Shown one piece after another: positions 49,369 through 56,575 of a stretch of 64,000 nt of DNA (position 1 is the first letter of the stretch; each line of letters begins with the position of its first letter). A model generated the notes under the pieces. The model made no database searches, was not told the DNA's origin, and was given only the letters and a program-made list of their open reading frames with translations. The translations under genes and the position numbers were made by a program. The stretch lies in the NCBI GenBank assembly GCA_002402995.1, contig DHGX01000003.1, forward strand, positions 3,765-67,764, given 5' to 3'. This stretch comes from Patescibacteria group bacterium UBA4787. GTDB lineage: Bacteria; Patescibacteriota; Patescibacteriia; UBA2591; UBA4787.

Positions 49369-49621
49369 CCCCGTATATCATCTTCGATATTTTTAATAAT
49401 TTTTTAGGTCTTAGTAAGTATTTATGTTTACCCCGTTAGAGATTCAGCCGAGACTATCTTTTGTCGCCCAACTAAGGCAAAGCCGCCTCACGGCTCTTGT
49501 CAATCTCCTAAATATATTTAATTTTAAATCTCTAACGGGGTTTATCAATCTAACTAACAAAATTCTCCCGGGTCTTTTTTGGGCCGATGATAGTCGGCCC
49601 AGTCGAAGTTGTATTACGGGG
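49369..49621 (-). mobile_element. Family-A element (reverse orientation) containing a nested family-B element
   Basis: CCCCGTATATCATCTTC...GAAGTTGTATTACGGGG; interior matches reverse complement of 44858..44998 once the B copy is removed. Confidence 0.85.
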
Positions 49622-51202
49622 CGTAAAATAAAAACGTTGTTAAACGGAACGGTGGGCGGAGGTTTTGTTATCATCTCAGCCTTCTCGATTATCAGCAGAA
49701 TTTTGGGCCTGTTACGGGATAGATTGCTTTCTTCTCATTTTGGCGTGGGTTCAGTTTTAGATGCTTATTACGCAGCCTTTCGTTTGCCTGACTTGATCTT
49801 TAACACTTTTGTTTTAGGGGCGCTGGCTTCTGCTTTTATTCCGGTTTTCTTAGAGATTTGGCATAAAGATCAAAAAGAAGCCTGGCGCGTGACTAATTCA
49901 ATTCTTAATATTTTGCTGTCAGTTGTTTTTCTTTTGGTTATAGTGATGGAGATTTTCGCCAAACCGATTGTTCAGATTTTGGTTAGTGGTTTTACTCCGG
50001 AGAATATTCATTTAACCGTCAGCTTAACTAGAATTATGCTGATCGGCATTCTATTTTTTACGGTTAGCAATATTGCCGGCGCCGTGCTTAATTCTTTCCG
50101 CCGATTTTTCTTTTATGCTTTAAGCCCGATTGCTTATAATTTAGGAATTATTTTGGGTATCGTATTTTTGGTGCCCATGTTTGGCCTCAAAGGTTTGGCT
50201 TTTGGCGTAGTCCTCGGTTCTTTGATGCATCTATTGGTTCAATTTCCGGCTTTTTTGAAAACCGGTTGGCGTTGGCAGTTGATTTTTGATTTAAAAAATC
50301 AATTCGTGAAAACAATCGGACGTTTGATGTTGCCACGATTTTTCGGCCTGGCCATAGGGCAATTAAATCTTATGGTAGCGACTTTTATCGGTTCTTTATG
50401 GGGTATAGGCGCTATCACTGTTTATAGTTTAGCTTTTAATTTAATCAGTTTTCCTTTGAATATTTTCGGCGTTTCATTGGCCTTGGCGGTTTTTCCTGTT
50501 TTTACCAGCGCTGTTGTTAATAATTCTCGCGAAGATTTTGTTTATTATTTTTCTAAGACCGTCCGCAGAATTTTATTCCTGACTATTCCCAGTATTTTTG
50601 TTATTTTTCTTTTACGCCAAGAAATTGTAGGCTTAATTTTGGGCGCGGGAAAATTTTCTTATGATAATATCAATTCAACCGCGATGGTTCTCGGCGCTTT
50701 CGCCTTGTGTCTTGTCTCTGAGAGCTTGTCTGCAGTTATGGTGCGCGCCTTCTATTCCCACAAAGACACTATAACGCCAGTTAAGGCCGCGATGGTTGAT
50801 TTTTGCGTAAATATAGTCGGATGTTTAATTTTAGGAAGAAAATTCGGGGCATTGGGCTTGGCTTTGGCGTTTTCTCTTTCTTCGATTTGCGAATCTGTGG
50901 TTTTAATTATTTTCTTGAGGTTAAAGACCGGGCCGCTTGATTTTCGACGGATTGTTTCAGCCTTCTTTAGAATCCTAGGGGTGTCTTTGGCGATGTTTTT
51001 GGTTATGTGGGGGACGAAAATGTTTTTATCTTCTTATTTCGCTCAAGATGGTTCATTGTTTTTGTTGAAAAAATTTATTATAATTTCTTTGGCGGGCTTG
51101 GTTAGTTTCTTGGGTTTAACCTACCTCTTCAAATTTGATGAATTTGATGCCGCTTGGAGTGTTTTTCGTTTAAATAAACCAGAAAGAATCAATGGAAAAT
51201 AA
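49424..51202 (+). CDS. murJ: Lipid II flippase MurJ (MviN); current N-terminus is element-derived, start uncertain
   Basis: 'SRILGLLRDRL...FG', 'DAYYAAFRLPD', 'AFIPVF', 'RAFYS.KDT.TP'. Confidence 0.88.
   Translation: MFTPLEIQPRLSFVAQLRQSRLTALVNLLNIFNFKSLTGFINLTNKILPGLFWADDSRPSRSCITGRKIKTLLNGTVGGGFVIISAFSIISRILGLLRDRLLSSHFGVGSVLDAYYAAFRLPDLIFNTFVLGALASAFIPVFLEIWHKDQKEAWRVTNSILNILLSVVFLLVIVMEIFAKPIVQILVSGFTPENIHLTVSLTRIMLIGILFFTVSNIAGAVLNSFRRFFFYALSPIAYNLGIILGIVFLVPMFGLKGLAFGVVLGSLMHLLVQFPAFLKTGWRWQLIFDLKNQFVKTIGRLMLPRFFGLAIGQLNLMVATFIGSLWGIGAITVYSLAFNLISFPLNIFGVSLALAVFPVFTSAVVNNSREDFVYYFSKTVRRILFLTIPSIFVIFLLRQEIVGLILGAGKFSYDNINSTAMVLGAFALCLVSESLSAVMVRAFYSHKDTITPVKAAMVDFCVNIVGCLILGRKFGALGLALAFSLSSICESVVLIIFLRLKTGPLDFRRIVSAFFRILGVSLAMFLVMWGTKMFLSSYFAQDGSLFLLKKFIIISLAGLVSFLGLTYLFKFDEFDAAWSVFRLNKPERINGK
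49431..49540 (+). mobile_element. Family-B 110-bp element nested in family-A copy, TTTA duplication
   Basis: TTTA|CCCCGTTAGAGATT...AATCTCTAACGGGG|TTTA. Confidence 0.85.
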
Positions 51203-53006
51203 TATAAGAAATTTTTGCATTATTGCCCACATTGACCACGGTAAGTCTACGATGGCCGACCGTTTTTTAGAATTAACCAATACCGTCTCGCCCGACAAAT
51301 TAAAACCCCAAATGCTTGATCGCATGCCCTTAGAGCGCGAGCGAGGCATTACCATTAAGTTGACGCCGGTAACCATGAATTATAAATTAAACAACCGAGA
51401 TTATATTTTGAATTTAATTGATACGCCCGGTCACGTTGATTTTAGTTACGAGGTGTCCCGTTCTTTGGCTGCGGTGGAAGGAGCTATTTTATTGATTGAT
51501 GCTACGCAGGGCATCCAAGCCCAAACTTTGGCCAATTTATATTTGGCCAACGAGCTGAATTTAAAAATTATTCCTGTTATTAACAAGATTGATTTGCCGA
51601 GTGTTGATATAGAAAGGGTCAAAGACGAGGTTAGCAACCTTTTGAAAATAGAAGACGATAAAATTATTTTGGCTTCGGCTAAAAGAGGCGATGGAGTTAA
51701 AGAGATTTTGGCGCGCGTTATCTCTGATATACCGGCGCCAGAAGCAGATAAGTCTAATATTCTGCGTGGTTTGATTTTTGATTCGATTTTTGACGAATAT
51801 CGCGGCGTCGTTGTTTTCGTTCGTTTAATTGATGGTCAAATAAAAAAAGGAGACAAAATAAAAATGTTAAGCAACGGAAAGATCGCTAATGTGTTGGAGG
51901 TGGGAATATTTAAGCCAGACTTATTGCCAATTCAGGAATTAAGCGCAGGTTTAATTGGTTATATCGCTACAGACCTTAAAGAAATTAATGAATGCCGTGT
52001 GGGCGATACTATAACCACCGTAGTGGGTAACATTAAACCGCTACCCGGCTATCGAGATGTCAAACCCATGGTTTACGCCAGTCTTTATCCTAAAGAAGGC
52101 AGCGAGGCGGGTCGTTTGCGATTGGCCTTGGAGCGTTTAAAACTCAATGACGCCAGTCTTATTTTTGAGCCAGAGCATTCTCCTGTTTTGGGATTTGGAT
52201 TTCGCGCGGGATTTCTGGGCTTGCTTCATTTGGATATCGTTAAAGAACGCATTAGAAGGGAATTCAATTTAGATTTAGTAATTACCGCTCCGTCGGTTGT
52301 TTATAAAATTAAAACTAAAAACAGAGAAGATGAAATTTTTATTTATTCGTCTTTAGAATTGCCCGATCCATCGTCCATTGAACACACAGAAGAGCCTTGG
52401 GTTAAGTTAGACATTATAGTGCCGGTTGGCTATCTCGGAGCGATTATGGAGTTGGCTAATAATTTCCGCGGGCATTTTATTTCTTTAGACTATTTATTCG
52501 GTCACAACGCCATTAAAGAAGAATCCCAACGCGCAATTTTGCATTATGAAGCGCCCCTCGCTATGCTTTTAGTCGATTTCTACGACAAACTTAAAAGCGC
52601 GAGCGCTGGCTACGCTTCTTTGAGTTATGAATTTTTAGAATTCAGGCCTGCCCAGGTGGTGAAATTAGACATTCTTGTTGCCGAAGAAAAAGTAGAATCT
52701 CTGTCAACCATTGTTTATGAGGATACCGTTCAACAGGTGGGTCGCAGAATAGTGGAAACATTAAAAGAGGTTTTGCCGCGTCAAATGTTCGAAGTTAAAA
52801 TTCAGGCCGTTATCGGCGGAAAAATTATCGCATCCGAAAGAATATCGGCTATACGCAAAGATGTGACGGCCAAACTTTACGGCGGCGATATCACCAGAAA
52901 AATGAAGCTTTTGACTAAACAAAAAAAGAGAAAAAAAGAGATGTTAAAGTCCGCCAAAGTTGATATTCCTCCAGAAGCTTATCTCGCGGTTTTAAGAAAA
53001 AGGTAA
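51192..53006 (+). CDS. lepA: Elongation factor 4 (LepA)
   Basis: 'IRNFCIIAHIDHGKST', 'DTPGHVDF', 'GFLGLLH', 'KLYGGD.TRK'. Confidence 0.97.
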   Translation: MENNIRNFCIIAHIDHGKSTMADRFLELTNTVSPDKLKPQMLDRMPLERERGITIKLTPVTMNYKLNNRDYILNLIDTPGHVDFSYEVSRSLAAVEGAILLIDATQGIQAQTLANLYLANELNLKIIPVINKIDLPSVDIERVKDEVSNLLKIEDDKIILASAKRGDGVKEILARVISDIPAPEADKSNILRGLIFDSIFDEYRGVVVFVRLIDGQIKKGDKIKMLSNGKIANVLEVGIFKPDLLPIQELSAGLIGYIATDLKEINECRVGDTITTVVGNIKPLPGYRDVKPMVYASLYPKEGSEAGRLRLALERLKLNDASLIFEPEHSPVLGFGFRAGFLGLLHLDIVKERIRREFNLDLVITAPSVVYKIKTKNREDEIFIYSSLELPDPSSIEHTEEPWVKLDIIVPVGYLGAIMELANNFRGHFISLDYLFGHNAIKEESQRAILHYEAPLAMLLVDFYDKLKSASAGYASLSYEFLEFRPAQVVKLDILVAEEKVESLSTIVYEDTVQQVGRRIVETLKEVLPRQMFEVKIQAVIGGKIIASERISAIRKDVTAKLYGGDITRKMKLLTKQKKRKKEMLKSAKVDIPPEAYLAVLRKR

Positions 53007-53083
53007 TATTGTGTAGATAATTAGAAAAATGTATGATTATTCACGAGTTCTATTTTAATTTGAAATTTTTATATTAAAATTTT

Positions 53084-53695
53084 ATGCCAAAGGAATCTTT
53101 TTCAGAGAATAGTCAAATTATAAGGATTATTCATCACAATTTTTTCGTTTATTTTTTAAGTTTTTTGGCTTCTATTGTTTTAATTTTAGGAGCATTCTTT
53201 TTTATGTTGCCCCTTTTTGGTTGGTCGCTATTTGGTTGGGATTGGGCAGGCGAAGCAGTCTTCGGCTTCTTGATCGGCTTGGGGATTATCTACGGATTAA
53301 TGACTTTCTTGGTTTGGTGGGACAATCGATTGATTATATCAAATGAAGGATTAATAGTTTATCGCCGCAAAGGATTTTTTGACCAAAATATTTTCAAAGT
53401 TGATTATAGAAAAATCAGAAACATAGATTTATCGATTAAAGGATTTTTTCAGACTATTTTTCGTTTCGGCAGCCTGAATATTAATTTTAATGACACGAGC
53501 GAGTCGATATTCTTTTCACATGTTTCTCGTCCGTTGGAAATCCAAGCATTAATTTTAAAAATTCAAGGAGCCGTGCAAAAAGAAAAAGAAGAAATCGCCA
53601 TTGACGATTTAAGCGAAATAGAACTTATTGAATTAGCCAGAAAAATTCGTGACAAGCTCGGCCACGACATTTTTAATGACATCGCCAACGAATAA
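53084..53695 (+). CDS. Membrane protein with bacterial PH (bPH_2) domain
   Basis: Two TM then 'LIISN..LI....KGFF......YRKIRNI.....G....F.FGSL'. Confidence 0.65.
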   Translation: MPKESFSENSQIIRIIHHNFFVYFLSFLASIVLILGAFFFMLPLFGWSLFGWDWAGEAVFGFLIGLGIIYGLMTFLVWWDNRLIISNEGLIVYRRKGFFDQNIFKVDYRKIRNIDLSIKGFFQTIFRFGSLNINFNDTSESIFFSHVSRPLEIQALILKIQGAVQKEKEEIAIDDLSEIELIELARKIRDKLGHDIFNDIANE

Positions 53696-53712
53696 GATTT
53701 AAATTAAACAAT

Positions 53713-55215
53713 GTGCGTTTAGATGTGTTTTTATCGCAAAAATATTCTTTTTCCCGCCATCAAGCCCAAAAATTAATTGATAACGGCTTAGTCTTGGTTA
53801 ACGGCAAGATTATTACCAAGTCCAATTTTAATGCGGTGGAAAATGACAGGATTCAGATAGAAGAAAAAAAATCAATTGACATCGTTCCGAATTTTGCTAT
53901 AAATTTAGATGTTATTTTTGAGCACGAAGGTTTTTTGATAATTAATAAACAAGCTGGGATTTTAGTTCACCCTGTTAAATCCCGCGAAGCGGAAATTTTG
54001 CCAAAAGCGAAATTATCTAACAGGGTGAATCAGGTTTTCGCGAAAGACGCCGCCGACACCTTAGTAAGTGCTTTAATCGCGCGGTATCCAGAAATTAAAT
54101 CTATCGGAGGTGGTGACCGTCCTGGCATTGTTCATCGTTTAGATCAAGGAGTCTCCGGTTTAATGGTAATAGCCAGAAATCAAGAGTATTGTCAATATCT
54201 TTTGAAGATTTTCGCAGAGCACAAGGTTATTAAAAAATATTATGCCCTTATCTACGGACAACCTAAAGAAAAATCTGGTATTATTGATTTGGGCATTGGC
54301 CGAACCAAGCGAGGCAAAATCATAGCCACTCAATATGCGGAAAAAGTAAAAGATTATAAGACGGCAATTACTAAGTACAAGGTGATAAGAATCTTCAAAA
54401 AATACAGTTTTGTAGAAATCGAAACATTAACCGGTAGAACGAATCAGATTAGAGCGCACTTTAAAGCCATCGGTCATTCCCTGGTGGGCGACGAATTGTA
54501 CGGGAGCAGAAAGGACGGCCTAGGAAGAATTTTTTTGCACGCTTTTTATTTGAATTTTGTCGATTTGGATGGTATGACGCGCGAGTTTGTCTCTCCTTTA
54601 CCCGGAGAATTAGATATTTTTTTAAATAAATTAACAGGAGGTTCTTTTATGACGAAACTCTTTATACTCTCCGGTCTTTCGGGCGCGGGCAAGGACACCG
54701 TACTCGAGGGGCTGAAAAAAGATAATTTTGATTTTGATTGGGTTGTCACTACCACTACTCGATCGATGCGAGACGGTGAATCAGAAGGAAGGCCTTACCG
54801 TTTTGTTTCGCGCGGAGATTTTGAGAAAATGATTAAGAATAACGAACTTCTCGAGTGGGCGGATGTTTACGGTAATTATTATGGTTCGCAGACGAAAGAC
54901 GTCGAGGGCTTATTGAAAACTTCGGAAAAACCGATCATTTTTAAAACTGATTATCAAGGCGCGCGGACAATCAAGCAGAAATTTCCGGAAGCGCAAGTAA
55001 TTTTTTTGGTTCCGTCGTCTCTCGAGGACTTGGAGCGGAGGATAAGAAATAGAGGACAGAATTCAGAAGAGGATATCCAAAAGAGATTAGCAAAGACGAA
55101 AAAAGAGATGGGAACCCTGGATGAATGGGATCATGTCGTTATCAATCAAGATGGAATGATATCTGAAGCAGTGAATCGCGTAAAAGAAATAATTTTGAAA
55201 GAGTCTCGTTCGTAA
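53713..55215 (+). CDS. RluA/RluD pseudouridine synthase (S4 + catalytic) fused in frame to guanylate kinase (from ATG 54649)
   Basis: 'RLDVFL', 'VHRLDQGVSG', 'TGRTNQIR', 'LHA'; then 'SGLSGAGKDT','TTR..RDGE.EG..Y.FV','YGNYYG'. Confidence 0.88.
   Translation: MRLDVFLSQKYSFSRHQAQKLIDNGLVLVNGKIITKSNFNAVENDRIQIEEKKSIDIVPNFAINLDVIFEHEGFLIINKQAGILVHPVKSREAEILPKAKLSNRVNQVFAKDAADTLVSALIARYPEIKSIGGGDRPGIVHRLDQGVSGLMVIARNQEYCQYLLKIFAEHKVIKKYYALIYGQPKEKSGIIDLGIGRTKRGKIIATQYAEKVKDYKTAITKYKVIRIFKKYSFVEIETLTGRTNQIRAHFKAIGHSLVGDELYGSRKDGLGRIFLHAFYLNFVDLDGMTREFVSPLPGELDIFLNKLTGGSFMTKLFILSGLSGAGKDTVLEGLKKDNFDFDWVVTTTTRSMRDGESEGRPYRFVSRGDFEKMIKNNELLEWADVYGNYYGSQTKDVEGLLKTSEKPIIFKTDYQGARTIKQKFPEAQVIFLVPSSLEDLERRIRNRGQNSEEDIQKRLAKTKKEMGTLDEWDHVVINQDGMISEAVNRVKEIILKESRS
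53970..54025. mobile_element. Family-D 56-bp palindromic element inserted in frame in rluD
   Basis: TTCA|CCCTGTTAAAT...ATCTAACAGGG|TGAA; about 20 extra codons (PVKSREAEILPKAKLSNRVN) after 'GILVH'. Confidence 0.7.
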
Positions 55216-55228
55216 GTATTGGGTCTCT

Positions 55229-55377
55229 CCCCTCACTTGGAAACAATAAACTCGTTTGGCGTTCTCAGTCTTTTGCAAGCCAGAGTAGTAATTTATGAAA
55301 ATTGGAATTTAAAATAAAAAATAAAATATATTTAACAATAACCCGCTTTTTGAAATACATCGTTTACAAGCGAGGGG
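55229..55377 (+). mobile_element. Family-C element, empty 149-bp copy
   Basis: CCCCTCACTTGGAAAC...GTTTACAAGCGAGGGG. Confidence 0.7.
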
Positions 55378-55406
55378 TTGACTTAAGTGTCAAAATATTG
55401 TAAAAT
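55378..55406 (+). promoter_or_regulatory. Sigma70-like promoter for rplS (TTGACT-17bp-TAAAAT)
   Basis: Canonical spacing; -35 directly follows element end. Confidence 0.6.
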
Positions 55407-55479
55407 CTAATATTATATAATTAATAATACGGAAGCATCAATGAATTTTTAATATCAGAATAATAAAAATAATATTATT

Positions 55480-55818
55480 ATGGAAGACAAAAAAGAGAAT
55501 AAAATTTATCCAGAAATCAGGCCAGGGGCATTGGTTAAGGTCCACCAAAAAATTAAAGAATTAGACACCAAGGGTCAACCTAAAGAGCGCGTTCAGATTT
55601 TCGAAGGCATGGTAATCGCTCGTCGTGGAGGAGGCCAAACCGGCGCGACCATTACTGTTCGTAAGATGGCTGCCGATAATGTCGGGGTTGAAAAAATATT
55701 TCCGCTTCATTCCCCCAACATTGTTAACATAGAACTGATTAAAAATTTCAAAGTAAATCGCGCTAAACTTTATTATTTGAGGGGTTATAAAAAGAAATTG
55801 AAAGAAGTTGTTGCTTAA
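55480..55818 (+). CDS. rplS: 50S ribosomal protein L19
   Basis: 'ERVQIFEG.VIA', 'TITVRK', 'GVEKIFPLHSP', 'RAKLYYLR'. Confidence 0.96.
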   Translation: MEDKKENKIYPEIRPGALVKVHQKIKELDTKGQPKERVQIFEGMVIARRGGGQTGATITVRKMAADNVGVEKIFPLHSPNIVNIELIKNFKVNRAKLYYLRGYKKKLKEVVA

Positions 55819-55830
55819 AATTGATTTCAA

Positions 55831-55912
55831 GCGGACGTGGCGGAACTGGTATACGCGCATGCTTGAGGTGCATGTGCCGCAAGGCTTGAGAGTTCGAGTC
55901 TCTCCGTCCGCA
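55831..55912 (+). tRNA. tRNA-Leu(GAG)
   Basis: GCGGACG/CGTCCGC stem, CATGC-TTGAGGT-GCATG, variable arm. Confidence 0.95.
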
Positions 55913-55938
55913 TTATTTCCGTTTGAACGGGCACGTAG

Positions 55939-56037
55939 CCCCTCACTTGAAGAAAATACCCCCAAGTGAGTGAAATATTTTTTATCGTACATTTAATTGT
56001 ATTAAAAAGTTTTTTTTGATCTTTTTTAGGTGAGGGG
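55939..56037 (+). mobile_element. Family-C element, empty 99-bp copy at 5' end of tRNA-Ile
   Basis: CCCCTCACTTGAA...TTTGATCTTTTTTAGGTGAGGGG; flanked by duplicated CACGTAG. Confidence 0.75.
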
Positions 56038-56109
56038 CACGTAGTTCAGTGGCAGAACGCATTCCTGATAAGAATGAGGTTGAAGGTTCGATTCCTTCCG
56101 TGCCCACCA
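56035..56109 (+). tRNA. tRNA-Ile(GAT)
   Basis: GGGCACG/CGTGCCC stem, CATTC-CTGATAA-GAATG, encoded CCA. Confidence 0.95.
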
Positions 56110-56234
56110 GATTATAACTAATAACATAAAACGAATAACCCATAACCCAATTTTATTAAGTATTTGTTGGGTTGTTGTTATTAGTTATTAATTGTTGGTT
56201 ATTTGTTAGTTGTAAATTGTTTACGCAATTTTCG

Positions 56235-56311
56235 GGGCGCATAGCTCAGTTGGTTAGAGCGTTACATTGACATTGTAAAGGTCCGAGGTTCGAGTCCTCG
56301 TGCGCCCACCA
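56235..56311 (+). tRNA. tRNA-Val(GAC)
   Basis: GGGCGCA/TGCGCCC stem, TTACA-TTGACAT-TGTAA, encoded CCA. Confidence 0.95.
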
Positions 56312-56324
56312 TTTCAAAATATAT

Positions 56325-56360
56325 TAAATAAGAATCAGTCATATGACTGATTCTTATTTA
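56325..56360. terminator. Perfect 36-bp palindrome after tRNA cluster (probable terminator)
   Basis: TAAATAAGAATCAGTCAT-ATGACTGATTCTTATTTA. Confidence 0.6.
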
Positions 56361-56575
56361 TAATCGGCAGTAAGGACGATTGAAAATTTATTTTCGATTC
56401 GCCCGAGCGAATCAATCTCAGGCGCCTCACGCGCCGTGACAGCGCTTATACTTTTATACACTTGACAGAACCGAAAAAAAGCAGAAAATTATTATAGGTC
56501 AATATGTTTCTTTAACAATTCAATGAAAAAATAAACAACCAAATCCGCCGATAGGCGGAGAAAGGCAGGTGTCTC

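Noticed and set aside
29267-49540. Conserved ends with variable interior as a CRISPR-like array
   Set aside because: Copies are dispersed and inverted rather than tandem direct repeats; no cas genes.
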